From Bacteroidales bacterium (GTDB lineage Bacteria; Bacteroidota; Bacteroidia; Bacteroidales; UBA12077): a DNA stretch of 64,000 nt. The translations under genes and the position numbers were made by a program. The stretch covers positions 11,336 to 75,335 of the forward strand of contig DMBU01000154.1 in the NCBI GenBank assembly GCA_003446015.1, in the 5' to 3' direction. This document shows, one piece after another, positions 1-9,653 of this stretch; position 1 is the first letter of the stretch; each line of letters opens with the position of its first letter. Below the pieces are notes generated by a model. It worked only from the letters and a program-made list of their open reading frames with translations. It searched no databases and was not told the DNA's origin.

Positions 1-2078
1 CCAAAAGGTACAGGTTCCGAGTCATAAGCTTTTCGTTTCATTTGATCAATGTACCAGTCTGTATTTAGTAAGGAAAGATTTACTACCCGAACATCGGTTC
101 TTATTCCCTCAACCTCTTGAGCATACCATAGAGGAAAGGTATCATTATCTCCATGTGTAAATAAAATTGCATTCGGAGCACAGGAATTCAGATAATTCGC
201 AGCAAAGTCACGTGCAATATACCGGTTTGATCGATCATGATCGTCCCAGTTTTCTGTTGCCATAATAGTTGGTACTGCAATTAAACAAATTGTTGTTGCA
301 ATTCCTGCACTGGCAATTGCTGGTAATTTTTTATTAAGAAACTTATAAATGCCTAAAACACCTAATCCAATCCAAATTGAAAACGCATAGAATGATCCGG
401 CATAGGCATAATCCCGTTCACGAGGTTGAAGAGGGTATTGGTTCAGATATACAACAATGGCTATTCCTGTTAATACAAAAAGCAGCAATACCACAATAAA
501 ATCATTAAAATGATTTCTTAAATGAAAGAAAAACCCAATTAACCCCAGAATTAAAGGTAACATAAAATATACATTCCTGGATTTTTGATTTTTCATTGAA
601 TCGGGCAAATTTTCCTGGGGCCCAATCAGATTGTTATCTATAAAATTTAATCCTGTTATCCAATTTCCGTTCAATAACTCTCCGTTGCTTTGCGTATCGT
701 TTTGTCGACCAGAAAAGTTCCACATAAAATATCGCCAATACATATGCCCCAACTGATAGGTAAAAAAGAATTTCAGATTTTCACCAAAAGTAGGAATATA
801 CTTAATTTCAGGTTCTCCATTGTAACCTGTAACAGTAACTTTTTTACCTTTTATGTCGGCCCATTTTTGATATTCGTTTGCATGATCAGGACTTGACTGG
901 CTATACATACGAGGGAATACCGTTGTGAAACGTTTATCGTACTCATAAATTGAATTTAATGAATATGATTTTATATATTTTCCATCTTTTTGTCGGTATG
1001 TATATGGATCTTTACTATCAACGATTGGAGCATTGTAGTAAGGTCCTTTAAATAATGGACGGTTACCATATTGTTCACGGTTTAAATAATGTAAAAGATT
1101 AAAAACCGTTTCCGGATTATTTTCGTCCATCGGAGGATCGGCTAAAGATCGGATAACAATCATTGTAAAACTTGAATATCCGATCATAATCACAGTAAAT
1201 GCCAAAACAATTGTATTTAGCAAAACCTTCCTTTTCTTGTGTGTATAATAAATTGCCCAGCACACAAAAACAATGATTAATAAAATTAAAAACAAAAGCC
1301 CTGATTTAAATGGCAGACCTAAACCATTTACCAAAACTAACTCAAAACCTGTAGCAACCTTAACAACTCCGGGGATAATAATGTACATAATTGTTCCAAG
1401 TATAGCGACAGAAACAATAAGGGCTTTAATTACACCATTTCGGGTTACCGGATATTTTTTAAAATAGTAAACGAATACAATAGCTGGAATCGCAAGCAGA
1501 TTTAATAAGTGAACTCCAATGGATAAGCCCATTAAATAAGCAATTAGAATCAACCAGCGATTTGAATACTTTTCGTCTGCTATATTTTCCCATTTCAGAA
1601 TAGCCCAAAAAACCACTGCTGTAAATAAGGAAGATAGAGCATAAACTTCACCTTCAACAGCCGAAAACCAAAATGTGTCTGAAAAAGTATATGCTAGCGC
1701 TCCAACTATTCCACTGCCAATGACAGCTATTAACTGGCCGGTTGTAAGATCATAATTATCTGTAAACATCTTTTTTGCCAGATGTGTAATCGACCAAAAA
1801 AGGAAAAGAATCGTAAATGCACTGGCCAGACCCGACATGGCATTCACCATTTTAGCAACATTTGTAACATCTCCGGCAAAAAGCGAAAATACTCGTGCTA
1901 TAATCATAAAAAAAGGAGCTCCCGGAGGATGTCCTACTTCCAGTTTAAATGCTGTTGCAATAAATTCACCACAATCCCAGAAGCTGGTTGTTGGTTCAAT
2001 AGTTAATAAATATACAGTTGCTGCAATTAAAAAAACTACCCAGCCAGTTATACGATTAACAATTTTAAATTTTTCCAT
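1..2078 (-). CDS. DUF2723 family (TMEM260-like GT-C) membrane glycosyltransferase, 3' end outside window
   Basis: Not in the ORF track because it runs off the left edge. Reverse translation from ATG at 2078 gives MEKFKIVNRITGWVVFLIAATVYLLTIEPTTSFWDCGEFIATAFKLEVGHPPGAPFF, with later FWFSAVEGEVYA and RERDYAYAGSFYAF motifs typical of DUF2723. Confidence 0.85.
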   Translation of the reverse strand, partial: MEKFKIVNRITGWVVFLIAATVYLLTIEPTTSFWDCGEFIATAFKLEVGHPPGAPFFMIIARVFSLFAGDVTNVAKMVNAMSGLASAFTILFLFWSITHLAKKMFTDNYDLTTGQLIAVIGSGIVGALAYTFSDTFWFSAVEGEVYALSSLFTAVVFWAILKWENIADEKYSNRWLILIAYLMGLSIGVHLLNLLAIPAIVFVYYFKKYPVTRNGVIKALIVSVAILGTIMYIIIPGVVKVATGFELVLVNGLGLPFKSGLLFLILLIIVFVCWAIYYTHKKRKVLLNTIVLAFTVIMIGYSSFTMIVIRSLADPPMDENNPETVFNLLHYLNREQYGNRPLFKGPYYNAPIVDSKDPYTYRQKDGKYIKSYSLNSIYEYDKRFTTVFPRMYSQSSPDHANEYQKWADIKGKKVTVTGYNGEPEIKYIPTFGENLKFFFTYQLGHMYWRYFMWNFSGRQNDTQSNGELLNGNWITGLNFIDNNLIGPQENLPDSMKNQKSRNVYFMLPLILGLIGFFFHLRNHFNDFIVVLLLFVLTGIAIVVYLNQYPLQPRERDYAYAGSFYAFSIWIGLGVLGIYKFLNKKLPAIASAGIATTICLIAVPTIMATENWDDHDRSNRYIARDFAANYLNSCAPNAILFTHGDNDTFPLWYAQEVEGIRTDVRVVNLSLLNTDWYIDQMKRKAYDSEPVPF

Positions 2079-2261
2079 CTATTTTCTTAATATTTATTCA
2101 GTTGCCAAATCTAATTCAAATTCCAATAATTAATGTTTTATAGCTTTACTTTATTGTGTAAAGATCAAAAAAAAGTTCATAAATACATATTCCCCGAAAA
2201 TACTTAAATTAGCCAAATTCTAAAAATAAAATTATTCTTACAATATAATAAGGGTTTAAAA

Positions 2262-2606
2262 ATGTCAAAAAAGAGCAGAAAAGACAGACTTGATATTGTG
2301 TATTCTACTAATCCAGATTTTCAATATCAATACGATGAGGATCAGATTCAGGAAACCAAAGATCCTTCAAAGCAAAAACTAAAAGTTTATCTCGACACCA
2401 AAGCAAAGAAAAAAGGAAAACAGGCTACTCTTGTTAGTGGTTTTGTCGGAACCGAGAATGATTTAAAAGATTTAGGAAAATTATTAAAAACAAAATGTGC
2501 AGTTGGAGGTTCAATAATAGATGGGGACATTCTGATTCAAGGTGATTTCAGAGATAAAATTGTTCAGATTCTTACTTCTGAAGGATATCAGGCTAAAAAA
2601 TTATAA
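2262..2606 (+). CDS. yciH: Translation initiation factor SUI1/eIF1-like (YciH)
   Basis: VYSTNPDF N-terminus, KGKQATLVSGF, LKTKCAVGGS and IQGDFRDKI motifs. Confidence 0.9.
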   Translation: MSKKSRKDRLDIVYSTNPDFQYQYDEDQIQETKDPSKQKLKVYLDTKAKKKGKQATLVSGFVGTENDLKDLGKLLKTKCAVGGSIIDGDILIQGDFRDKIVQILTSEGYQAKKL

Positions 2607-2607
2607 C

Positions 2608-3915
2608 ATGTTTAAATTTAAAAGCATTTGTTGCGTCATTATCTTATTTTTTATAGGATTTAATTTAAATGCGCAAGATACCATAAAAGTGATGCATTAT
2701 AACCTCTTGTACTATGGCAAAACGGTTTACGACTGCACAAGCACAACCAATAACAGGGACGAAAAGAATGAGAATTTAAAAACGATTATACAATACGTAA
2801 AACCCGATATTTTTTCGGTAAATGAACTTGATGGTGAAAGCGATGCCGATGCAAAGTATTTATTAGATAATGCTTTAAATGTTGATGGTGTAACATCTTA
2901 TCGAAAAACCGAATTTCCTGAGACCTATCTCGCAAATACAATCTTTTATAATGTAAACAAGCTTGTTTTAAAAAGGAATAATCCCATAAGCTATATTCTT
3001 GGGGGATATAAGAAGTTTTTTAATGTATTTCAATTTTATTTTAATTCAGATAATTTAGAAGTTACAAATGATACCGCTTTTATTTATTGCGCAGTAACTC
3101 ATTTAAAAGCAGGTAACGACCCGAATTATGAATTGCAAAGAGCTTACGAAACCAGCCTGATAATGGATTATTTCGAAACGCTTGGTCAAAAAGGAAATTA
3201 CATGATAATGGGAGATTTTAATGTTTATACTCCAACAGAAACATGTTTTCAAAATTTAATAAACCCTGATAACAGCTTGTATACATTTTACGATCCAGCC
3301 GATCAAATTGGAGAATGGTCGTCAAATTACAATTATCGTTTTGTTCATACACAATCTACTCATATTACAGGAGATTGTTTTTCTGGTGGAGGAATGGATG
3401 ACAGGTTTGATTTTATTTTGGCCTCGGATTACATCATGAATGGTACAAATCACTTTGAATATATAACAGATTCTTATAAAGCAATCGGTCAAGACGGAAG
3501 CAGTTATAATGGTTCGTTAAATATAACTTCGAATTCGGCAGTTCCGAATAATGTGGCGAATGCATTATACAATATGTCTGATCACCTTCCTGTGTATTTA
3601 GAACTCAAAGTAGATCAGAATCGTGGAGAACCCTTAATTATTAGCGATTCTAAAACAAAGGGAATAAAAGTATTCTATAATAATCCTGCCAGTGAGGTGT
3701 TGAATTTACAGATATTACCTGAACAGCCAAATGAATTTAAAATAGAAATATTTACAATCAAGGGCGAAAAAATTTTCGAATACGATATCGTAAATAAAAG
3801 CAACATAATTAACCTGAACATTTCTGTTTTAGACCTTCCAAATGGAATCTATTTATTGAACATTACAAGTCAAAAGGAGTTTATTTATTCATCAAAAATT
3901 CTTATTCAAAACTAG
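2608..3915 (+). CDS. Secreted endonuclease/exonuclease/phosphatase (EEP) family protein with T9SS type A C-terminal domain
   Basis: Signal peptide from ATG 2608 (preferred over the overlapping 2542 start); motifs YNLL, HLKAG, MGDFN, RFDFIL, SDHLPV; C-terminal YNNPASE...LPNGIYLLNI...KILIQN. Confidence 0.85.
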   Translation: MFKFKSICCVIILFFIGFNLNAQDTIKVMHYNLLYYGKTVYDCTSTTNNRDEKNENLKTIIQYVKPDIFSVNELDGESDADAKYLLDNALNVDGVTSYRKTEFPETYLANTIFYNVNKLVLKRNNPISYILGGYKKFFNVFQFYFNSDNLEVTNDTAFIYCAVTHLKAGNDPNYELQRAYETSLIMDYFETLGQKGNYMIMGDFNVYTPTETCFQNLINPDNSLYTFYDPADQIGEWSSNYNYRFVHTQSTHITGDCFSGGGMDDRFDFILASDYIMNGTNHFEYITDSYKAIGQDGSSYNGSLNITSNSAVPNNVANALYNMSDHLPVYLELKVDQNRGEPLIISDSKTKGIKVFYNNPASEVLNLQILPEQPNEFKIEIFTIKGEKIFEYDIVNKSNIINLNISVLDLPNGIYLLNITSQKEFIYSSKILIQN

Positions 3916-3920
3916 AATAA

Positions 3921-6833
3921 ATGCGATACCTTAAAAGAATATCAGTTCTGTTTTTAATGCTTAATCTATTCTTAAATAGTAATTCAATAGCACAATTTTA
4001 TTCAACTGGACAGGATCCTGCCTTAACTAAATGGAATCAGATAAAAACAGAAAACTTCCAGATCATTTTTCAAAAAAAGTTTGATAATAAGGCACAGGAT
4101 ATAGCTAATATTCTTGAATACTATTATAATCTGGCAGGGAATTCTCTGGAACACAATCCAAAAAAAATATCAGTAATTCTTCATAATCAAACCATGGTTT
4201 CTAATGGTTATGTTGCATGGGCACCAAAAAGGATGGAGCTTTTTGCCACTCCTCCACAAGATGCTTTTCCTGACCCGTGGTTCGATCATCTTTGTATTCA
4301 TGAGCTTAGGCATGTTGTTCAGATTGACAAACTGAACCAGGGCATTACAAAAATTCTTTCCATTGTTTTTGGGCAACAAGCAACCGGGCTGGTTGCCGGA
4401 CAGCTTCCTATGTGGTATTACGAAGGAGATGCGGTTTGTACTGAAACAGCCCTTACAAATTTTGGCCGTGGGCGACTTCCCTTTTTTGAAAGAGGAATAA
4501 AAACACATTTATTGAGCGACGAAAACAGGTATTCATTCGATAAAATGCTCTTCGGCTCGTACAAAAGCTATGTTCCTAATCATTATGAATTAGGATATCA
4601 GCTAACGGCTTATACCAGAATAAAATACGGTCGCAATGTGTGGAGTGATGTTGAAGATTATGTTGCAAAAAATTCGTATACATTGCTTCCAACACCTTTT
4701 GCTTTTTATCTTGGCTTAAAAAAGAATATTGGATTATCTCAAAATGAATTATTTGAAGAAACGTTTAATTATCTTGACAGTTCGTGGACTTCTCAAAACA
4801 AAATTAAACATTTAAGCGAACCCTATTATTTTCAATCATATGAAATTCAAGAATATGAAAACTACATCAATCCTGTTTTTATTGATGAAAACAACCTTAT
4901 TGCTTTAAAAGAAGGTTTGTCGCATATTCCACAGTTTGTTTTTATTAGCAAAGATTCAGAAAAAGTTATTTACGAGCCGGGATATTTATTATCAAATGAT
5001 TTTTCTTATGCAAGAGATATAATTGTTTGGGCAGATTACAGACCTGACCGCAGATGGAGCAACAGGGAATTTACATCCATAAAACTACTTAACATAAAAA
5101 CCCTTAAAGAGAAAGTTATTGTTAAAAAATCAAGATATTTTAGTCCTGATTTTAATGGGAATGCAGAAAAAATAGTAGTTGCTAAGGTTGATGAAACCAA
5201 CAAATCTTCATTAGTTATACTCAACACTTTCGACGGATCAGTTCGTGAGGAGATTCAAGCACAAAACAGTTCGTTTATTCAAAGGCCAAAATGGTCAGTT
5301 AATGAAGAATATATTTATGTCATCGAACTAACAAATTCAGGAAAGCAAGTTTCGAGATACAGTTTTGAAACAAAAAGCTGGGAGACTATTTTTAAGCTTG
5401 AGAAAGAGGATATTCAGCGAATTTTACCTTCGGAAGATTACATATATTTCCATTCAACACTAAATGGTACAGACAATATTTATGCATTCGACGAAAGAAC
5501 GAAAGATATTTATCAGATATCTGATTCAAAAAATGGAATTTCAGAATTTGATCTTAGCGCGAACAAAAATGAATTAATAACAAATGAATATACTTCGCGC
5601 GGGTTTCGATTAGCATCAATTCCAGTTGAACGAGCTTTATGGAAAAAGATCGATCAGTCAAACTACTACGAATATAGCTTTGCTAAAGAATTGGCCAAAC
5701 AAGAATCTGTTGATGAGAAAGCACAAAATAAAACACAAAAAGAATTTCAGGTAAAACCTTTCAGAAAACCACTGAATTTATTCAACTTTCATAGTTGGGT
5801 CCCTTTTTATGTTGATTATAACCATATGGATTTAGGAAATACATTTTCAGATCTATCACAAATTTACAATAATATTCATCCGGGATTAATGCTTCTCTCT
5901 CAAAACAAACTTAGTACAGCAGAGGCAGTATTAGCTTATGCATATAAAGATGGAAATCATTACCTAACATCATCACTCACATTTAAAGGACAATACCCTG
6001 TATTAAGAGTTAGCGCAAATTACGGTGCTGATCAATTAATACGAACAACCAACAGCGCGACCTGGATTCCTCAAACAGAGCTTGGATATAGTTATAACGT
6101 AGATTTATACATCCCGTTTAATTTATCAAAAGGTAAATTCATAACGGGTTTTAGGCCATTAATTTCCATAGATTTTGCAGATAATTTGTATTATAATTAT
6201 GAGAACGATTATTATATTAAAGGATTGGAAATTGTACAGTCCGAATTATTGTTTTATTCTTATCAAAGAAAAGCAGAGAGAGATATTATTCCAAAGTTAG
6301 GAGCTGTTTTTGATTTGAGATTATTCAATTCACCTTTCGAATCTGAATTATATGGTTACATGTACAATCTTGATGCTCTTTTTTATCTTCCTGGTTGGTA
6401 TAACAGCGGATTTAAAGTTGATTTCGGATATCAATATCAGCAACCTGATTTGTATTTATTTAGCAGCGACTTTAGTTTTCCAAGAGGAATTTTAAGAAAA
6501 AGAACTGAAAAAATGTTTAAGCTTTATGCTGATTACATATTCCCAATTGCTTATCCCGATTGGAATTTAGGCTCTTTAATTTATTTGAAAAGATTTAGAG
6601 GAGACTTTTTCGCTGATTATGCATTTAATACATATAGAACGGTTAATGAGGCTCAAACAGCATATATTTGGCCAATAGATCATAACTTTAGTTTTGGAAT
6701 AGAACTAACAGCCGATTATCATATCCTAAGAACTATTTTCCCGTTAAATACAGGAGTTCGTGTTGGTTATACTCCAACTGAGGGTGATCTTTTTATAGAG
6801 ATGGTATTTGGAATTGACTTATATAGTTTTTAA
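3921..6833 (+). CDS. Outer-membrane protein: gluzincin-like metallopeptidase domain, TolB-like beta-propeller, C-terminal beta-barrel
   Basis: Signal peptide; HELRH plus downstream WYYEGDA; PD40-like RYFSPDF and IQRPKWS segments; amphipathic beta strands ending in an aromatic residue (FGIDLYSF). Confidence 0.6.
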   Translation: MRYLKRISVLFLMLNLFLNSNSIAQFYSTGQDPALTKWNQIKTENFQIIFQKKFDNKAQDIANILEYYYNLAGNSLEHNPKKISVILHNQTMVSNGYVAWAPKRMELFATPPQDAFPDPWFDHLCIHELRHVVQIDKLNQGITKILSIVFGQQATGLVAGQLPMWYYEGDAVCTETALTNFGRGRLPFFERGIKTHLLSDENRYSFDKMLFGSYKSYVPNHYELGYQLTAYTRIKYGRNVWSDVEDYVAKNSYTLLPTPFAFYLGLKKNIGLSQNELFEETFNYLDSSWTSQNKIKHLSEPYYFQSYEIQEYENYINPVFIDENNLIALKEGLSHIPQFVFISKDSEKVIYEPGYLLSNDFSYARDIIVWADYRPDRRWSNREFTSIKLLNIKTLKEKVIVKKSRYFSPDFNGNAEKIVVAKVDETNKSSLVILNTFDGSVREEIQAQNSSFIQRPKWSVNEEYIYVIELTNSGKQVSRYSFETKSWETIFKLEKEDIQRILPSEDYIYFHSTLNGTDNIYAFDERTKDIYQISDSKNGISEFDLSANKNELITNEYTSRGFRLASIPVERALWKKIDQSNYYEYSFAKELAKQESVDEKAQNKTQKEFQVKPFRKPLNLFNFHSWVPFYVDYNHMDLGNTFSDLSQIYNNIHPGLMLLSQNKLSTAEAVLAYAYKDGNHYLTSSLTFKGQYPVLRVSANYGADQLIRTTNSATWIPQTELGYSYNVDLYIPFNLSKGKFITGFRPLISIDFADNLYYNYENDYYIKGLEIVQSELLFYSYQRKAERDIIPKLGAVFDLRLFNSPFESELYGYMYNLDALFYLPGWYNSGFKVDFGYQYQQPDLYLFSSDFSFPRGILRKRTEKMFKLYADYIFPIAYPDWNLGSLIYLKRFRGDFFADYAFNTYRTVNEAQTAYIWPIDHNFSFGIELTADYHILRTIFPLNTGVRVGYTPTEGDLFIEMVFGIDLYSF

Positions 6834-6935
6834 AAAAACACTAGCTGTTCACAATAAATAAGGAAATAGTAGGTTTAACAGAATAATCAGAATACTTTTG
6901 AATTAATATTATAAACCCGAAGATAAATTTTTATA

Positions 6936-6943
6936 TATATTTG
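6936..6943 (+). promoter_or_regulatory. Putative Bacteroidota sigma70 -7 box (TATATTTG) for the bactofilin-atpI unit
   Basis: Matches TAnnTTTG about 55 nt upstream of ATG 6998; chance matches are common in AT-rich DNA. Confidence 0.4.
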
Positions 6944-6997
6944 TCTTGTCAAAAACAACCAGAATTTGTAGTTAAATTATTAAAAAGGACAGTAAAG

Positions 6998-7402
6998 ATG
7001 GCAAAGTATAACGAGACTGAAACAACAACTGCAATAAACTTAATAGGAGCAGGAACAGAAATAACCGGAGATGTTAACTCAAATGGCGATATTCGAATTG
7101 ATGGTACATTAACAGGAAATCTTAAAACAGCAGGAAAAGTTGTAATAGGAGAAACGGGGAAAATTAACGGCGAAATTGAATGTAAAAACTCTGAAGTGTT
7201 AGGCGAAATACATGGTAAAATTAAAGTGAGCGAATTACTTTCACTTAAAGCTACTTCAAAAATATTTGGTGATATTGTAACTAAAAAATTAGCAATTGAA
7301 CCAGGCTCCAGATTTACAGGAAACTGCAAAATGGGCGAAGAATCACAAAATGTCAGAACTGAAGAACCAAAATTCGGAAACAAAGAACAAAAAAGCGCAT
7401 AG
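6998..7402 (+). CDS. Bactofilin (polymer-forming cytoskeletal protein)
   Basis: INLIGAGTEITGDVNSNGDIRIDG...GEIECKN...GDIVTKKLAIEPGSRFTGNCKM beta-helix repeats; ATG 6998 preferred. Confidence 0.92.
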   Translation: MAKYNETETTTAINLIGAGTEITGDVNSNGDIRIDGTLTGNLKTAGKVVIGETGKINGEIECKNSEVLGEIHGKIKVSELLSLKATSKIFGDIVTKKLAIEPGSRFTGNCKMGEESQNVRTEEPKFGNKEQKSA

Positions 7403-7595
7403 TGATTTTGTAAAATATTCAGCTATTGGCTTTCAAATGATTGCCATTGTTGTTATTGGAGTAGTTGGTGGAATAAAGTTAGATCAATGGATTTCAAGAA
7501 TAGAATTCCCTCTATTTACCATGCTGCTATCAATTTTAAGCGTGATATTAGCAACATATTACACACTAAAAGATTTTATTAAGCCTCAAAAGTAA
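7350..7595 (+). CDS. AtpZ/AtpI-family small membrane protein
   Basis: KYSAIGFQM...GGIKLDQW...two TM helices; follows bactofilin as in Bacteroidota atp operons; start 7350 overlaps the bactofilin 3' end. Confidence 0.8.
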   Translation: MSELKNQNSETKNKKAHSDFVKYSAIGFQMIAIVVIGVVGGIKLDQWISRIEFPLFTMLLSILSVILATYYTLKDFIKPQK

Positions 7596-7978
7596 TGCAA
7601 GTATTTAAAAGGTTTCTTTTTCAGGAATTTGTTCTTACTATCTCAATAGGATTGGTATCCCTTATATTATTTCAAACAACATTAAAAAATTATTATTTAC
7701 CCGTTTTCTGGATTTTACTGGCAATAATTTCGCTTTTAACCGGGGTATTGCATTATTCGAATGTTCGAGCAAGTGCTAAAAAAGCTTCAAAGTTTGCCAC
7801 TGGTTTTTTAATGGCGACCGGAATAAAAATGATGATATATTTAGTTTTAATAACCACCTATGTTTTACTGCATCCAGAAAAAGCAAGTGTCTTTTTAATT
7901 TCTTTTTTTATCTTATACATTCTATATACTGCCTTCGAAGTACTTTCAATCTTAAAACACCTCCGTAGTGAGAAATAA
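7595..7978 (+). CDS. Four-TM ATP synthase protein I-like accessory protein
   Basis: Four hydrophobic segments, F..GFLMATGIKMM and FFILYILYTAFE motifs; TAATG coupling to the upstream gene. Confidence 0.65.
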   Translation: MQVFKRFLFQEFVLTISIGLVSLILFQTTLKNYYLPVFWILLAIISLLTGVLHYSNVRASAKKASKFATGFLMATGIKMMIYLVLITTYVLLHPEKASVFLISFFILYILYTAFEVLSILKHLRSEK

Positions 7979-8105
7979 AAATTAGATTTCCTGATTTTTA
8001 AGAACAAGCAAAACTAATACAAAATTACAATTGCCGTTGACAAATATTAACGGTAAAGTTGATTTGTGCTAAAAACATAAATTAAGTTATCTAATAATAT
8101 AAATA

Positions 8106-8139
8106 TTTGTTGGTAAATAAATTTAAGTTATTAGTTTTG
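8106..8139 (+). promoter_or_regulatory. Putative sigma70 promoter of the V-type ATPase cassette (TTTG...TAGTTTTG)
   Basis: TTTG at 8106-8109 and a TAnnTTTG match at 8132-8139, 22-nt spacer, 42 nt before ATG 8182. Confidence 0.5.
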
Positions 8140-8181
8140 TAACTCAAGTTTTTATTTTAAAACAATTAGACCTTTATAAAT

Positions 8182-8799
8182 ATGGAAAATAAACTTCAGG
8201 AGTTAACACAAAAGCTTTATAACGAAGGGGTTGAAAAAGCAAATGTTGAAGCAGAAAAAATTCTTGCTGAAGCAAAATCTGAAGCAGAAAAGTTAAAACA
8301 AGAGGCAGAAAAAGAGGCACAAAAGATTATTGCAAATGCAAATCAAAAGTCGGCTGAAATTAAGAAAAATGTCGATGCTGAATTAAACCTGGCTGCTAAA
8401 CAAACAATCAGAACAGTTAAACAGCAAATTACAGATTTGATTGTTAGCAAAGTAATTGACGAACCAGTTAAAAAAGCCTTTGACGATGAAAAATTCGTGA
8501 AAGAAATTATCGAAACAGTTGTTAAAAACTGGAATCCTCAAAAAAACGAAACGATTGATCTTTCAGTTTTACTTCCTACAGAACTGGAAAAAGAATTCAC
8601 GAAAATTTTTACTGCAAAATCCGGGAAAGAACTAAATGCTAATCTTGAATTAAGTTTTAGCGATTCAATTAAAGGCGGTTTTAAAATTGGTCCTGCCGAT
8701 GGATCTTATAAAATTAGCTTTAGCGAAGATGATTTTGAAAACTTCTTTAAATCATTCTTACGCCCAAAAACAATTGAAATGTTATATCCGGGAGAATAA
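8182..8799 (+). CDS. ntpE: V/A-type ATPase subunit E
   Basis: MENKLQELTQKLYNEGVEKA coiled coil, GGFKIGPADGSYKISF, FLRP motifs; first gene of the V-type cluster. Confidence 0.9.
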   Translation: MENKLQELTQKLYNEGVEKANVEAEKILAEAKSEAEKLKQEAEKEAQKIIANANQKSAEIKKNVDAELNLAAKQTIRTVKQQITDLIVSKVIDEPVKKAFDDEKFVKEIIETVVKNWNPQKNETIDLSVLLPTELEKEFTKIFTAKSGKELNANLELSFSDSIKGGFKIGPADGSYKISFSEDDFENFFKSFLRPKTIEMLYPGE

Positions 8800-8801
8800 T
8801 T

Positions 8802-9653
8802 ATGTTTCGTAAGTATTATCATTATTTTATTGCTGGTTTGCCTGATGTCTTTCTGGATGATACAGAAATTCAATTCTCAATGGTAGATTTTAAGCAAGAG
8901 TTGAAAGATCATCTTACTCCGAAAGATTATAAATTGGTTGAACTGTTATTTTTACCTTATGACAACGCGGAACTTCTGCGATTTTTAGACGAAGATTATG
9001 AAAATCTAAATGATTTAGGAACCTTTACTTCGCAGGATTTTGAAGTTGAATTTTCAGACGAAAAACAAGGAATTCTTCCATCGTATATGTATAAGTTTGT
9101 TGAACTGTACAAAGATGAAGAATTATCGAAAAATATAAATAAAAGCTGGGAAAATATCCTGACTGAAATGTATTTCGAGTATGTTTTACAAACCAAAAAT
9201 GACTTTCTGCAAAATTGGTTTGAATTCAATCAGAATCTAACAAATGTTATCATAGGACAAAATTGTCGAAAATACAACTTAGAAGCTGAAAATCAACTTA
9301 TAGGAGATAACTTTGTTACAAAAGCTATTTTAAATAGCAGTGCTAAAGATTTTGGTCTGGAAGTGGAACTTCCATACATGACAGAAATCAATTTACTTGC
9401 CGACAACGAAAATTTATTAGCACGTGAAAAAGGTCTCGACCAATTGAAATGGGATAAGGTAGAAGAGATTACTCTATTTGATTATTTTACAATTGAGGTA
9501 GTATTAGCATATACTATAAAATTGGATATAGCATACCGATGGTTAGAACTCGACGAAGAAACGGGTCGTCAAATGTTCAAACAAATCATCAACGATTTAA
9601 AATCTGGTTTTGAATTTCCTAAAGAATTTGCAATAAATGGAAAAAACAATTAA
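8802..9653 (+). CDS. DUF2764 family protein, probable V/A-type ATPase subunit C
   Basis: YYFIAGLPD-like N-terminus, LLFLPYDN, RWLELDEETG; located between subunits E and A. Confidence 0.8.
   Translation: MFRKYYHYFIAGLPDVFLDDTEIQFSMVDFKQELKDHLTPKDYKLVELLFLPYDNAELLRFLDEDYENLNDLGTFTSQDFEVEFSDEKQGILPSYMYKFVELYKDEELSKNINKSWENILTEMYFEYVLQTKNDFLQNWFEFNQNLTNVIIGQNCRKYNLEAENQLIGDNFVTKAILNSSAKDFGLEVELPYMTEINLLADNENLLAREKGLDQLKWDKVEEITLFDYFTIEVVLAYTIKLDIAYRWLELDEETGRQMFKQIINDLKSGFEFPKEFAINGKNN

Noticed and set aside
690-2133. Short + strand ORFs at 690, 1273, 1782 and 1837
   Set aside because: Antisense shadows of the DUF2723 gene, which the ORF track missed because it runs off the edge.
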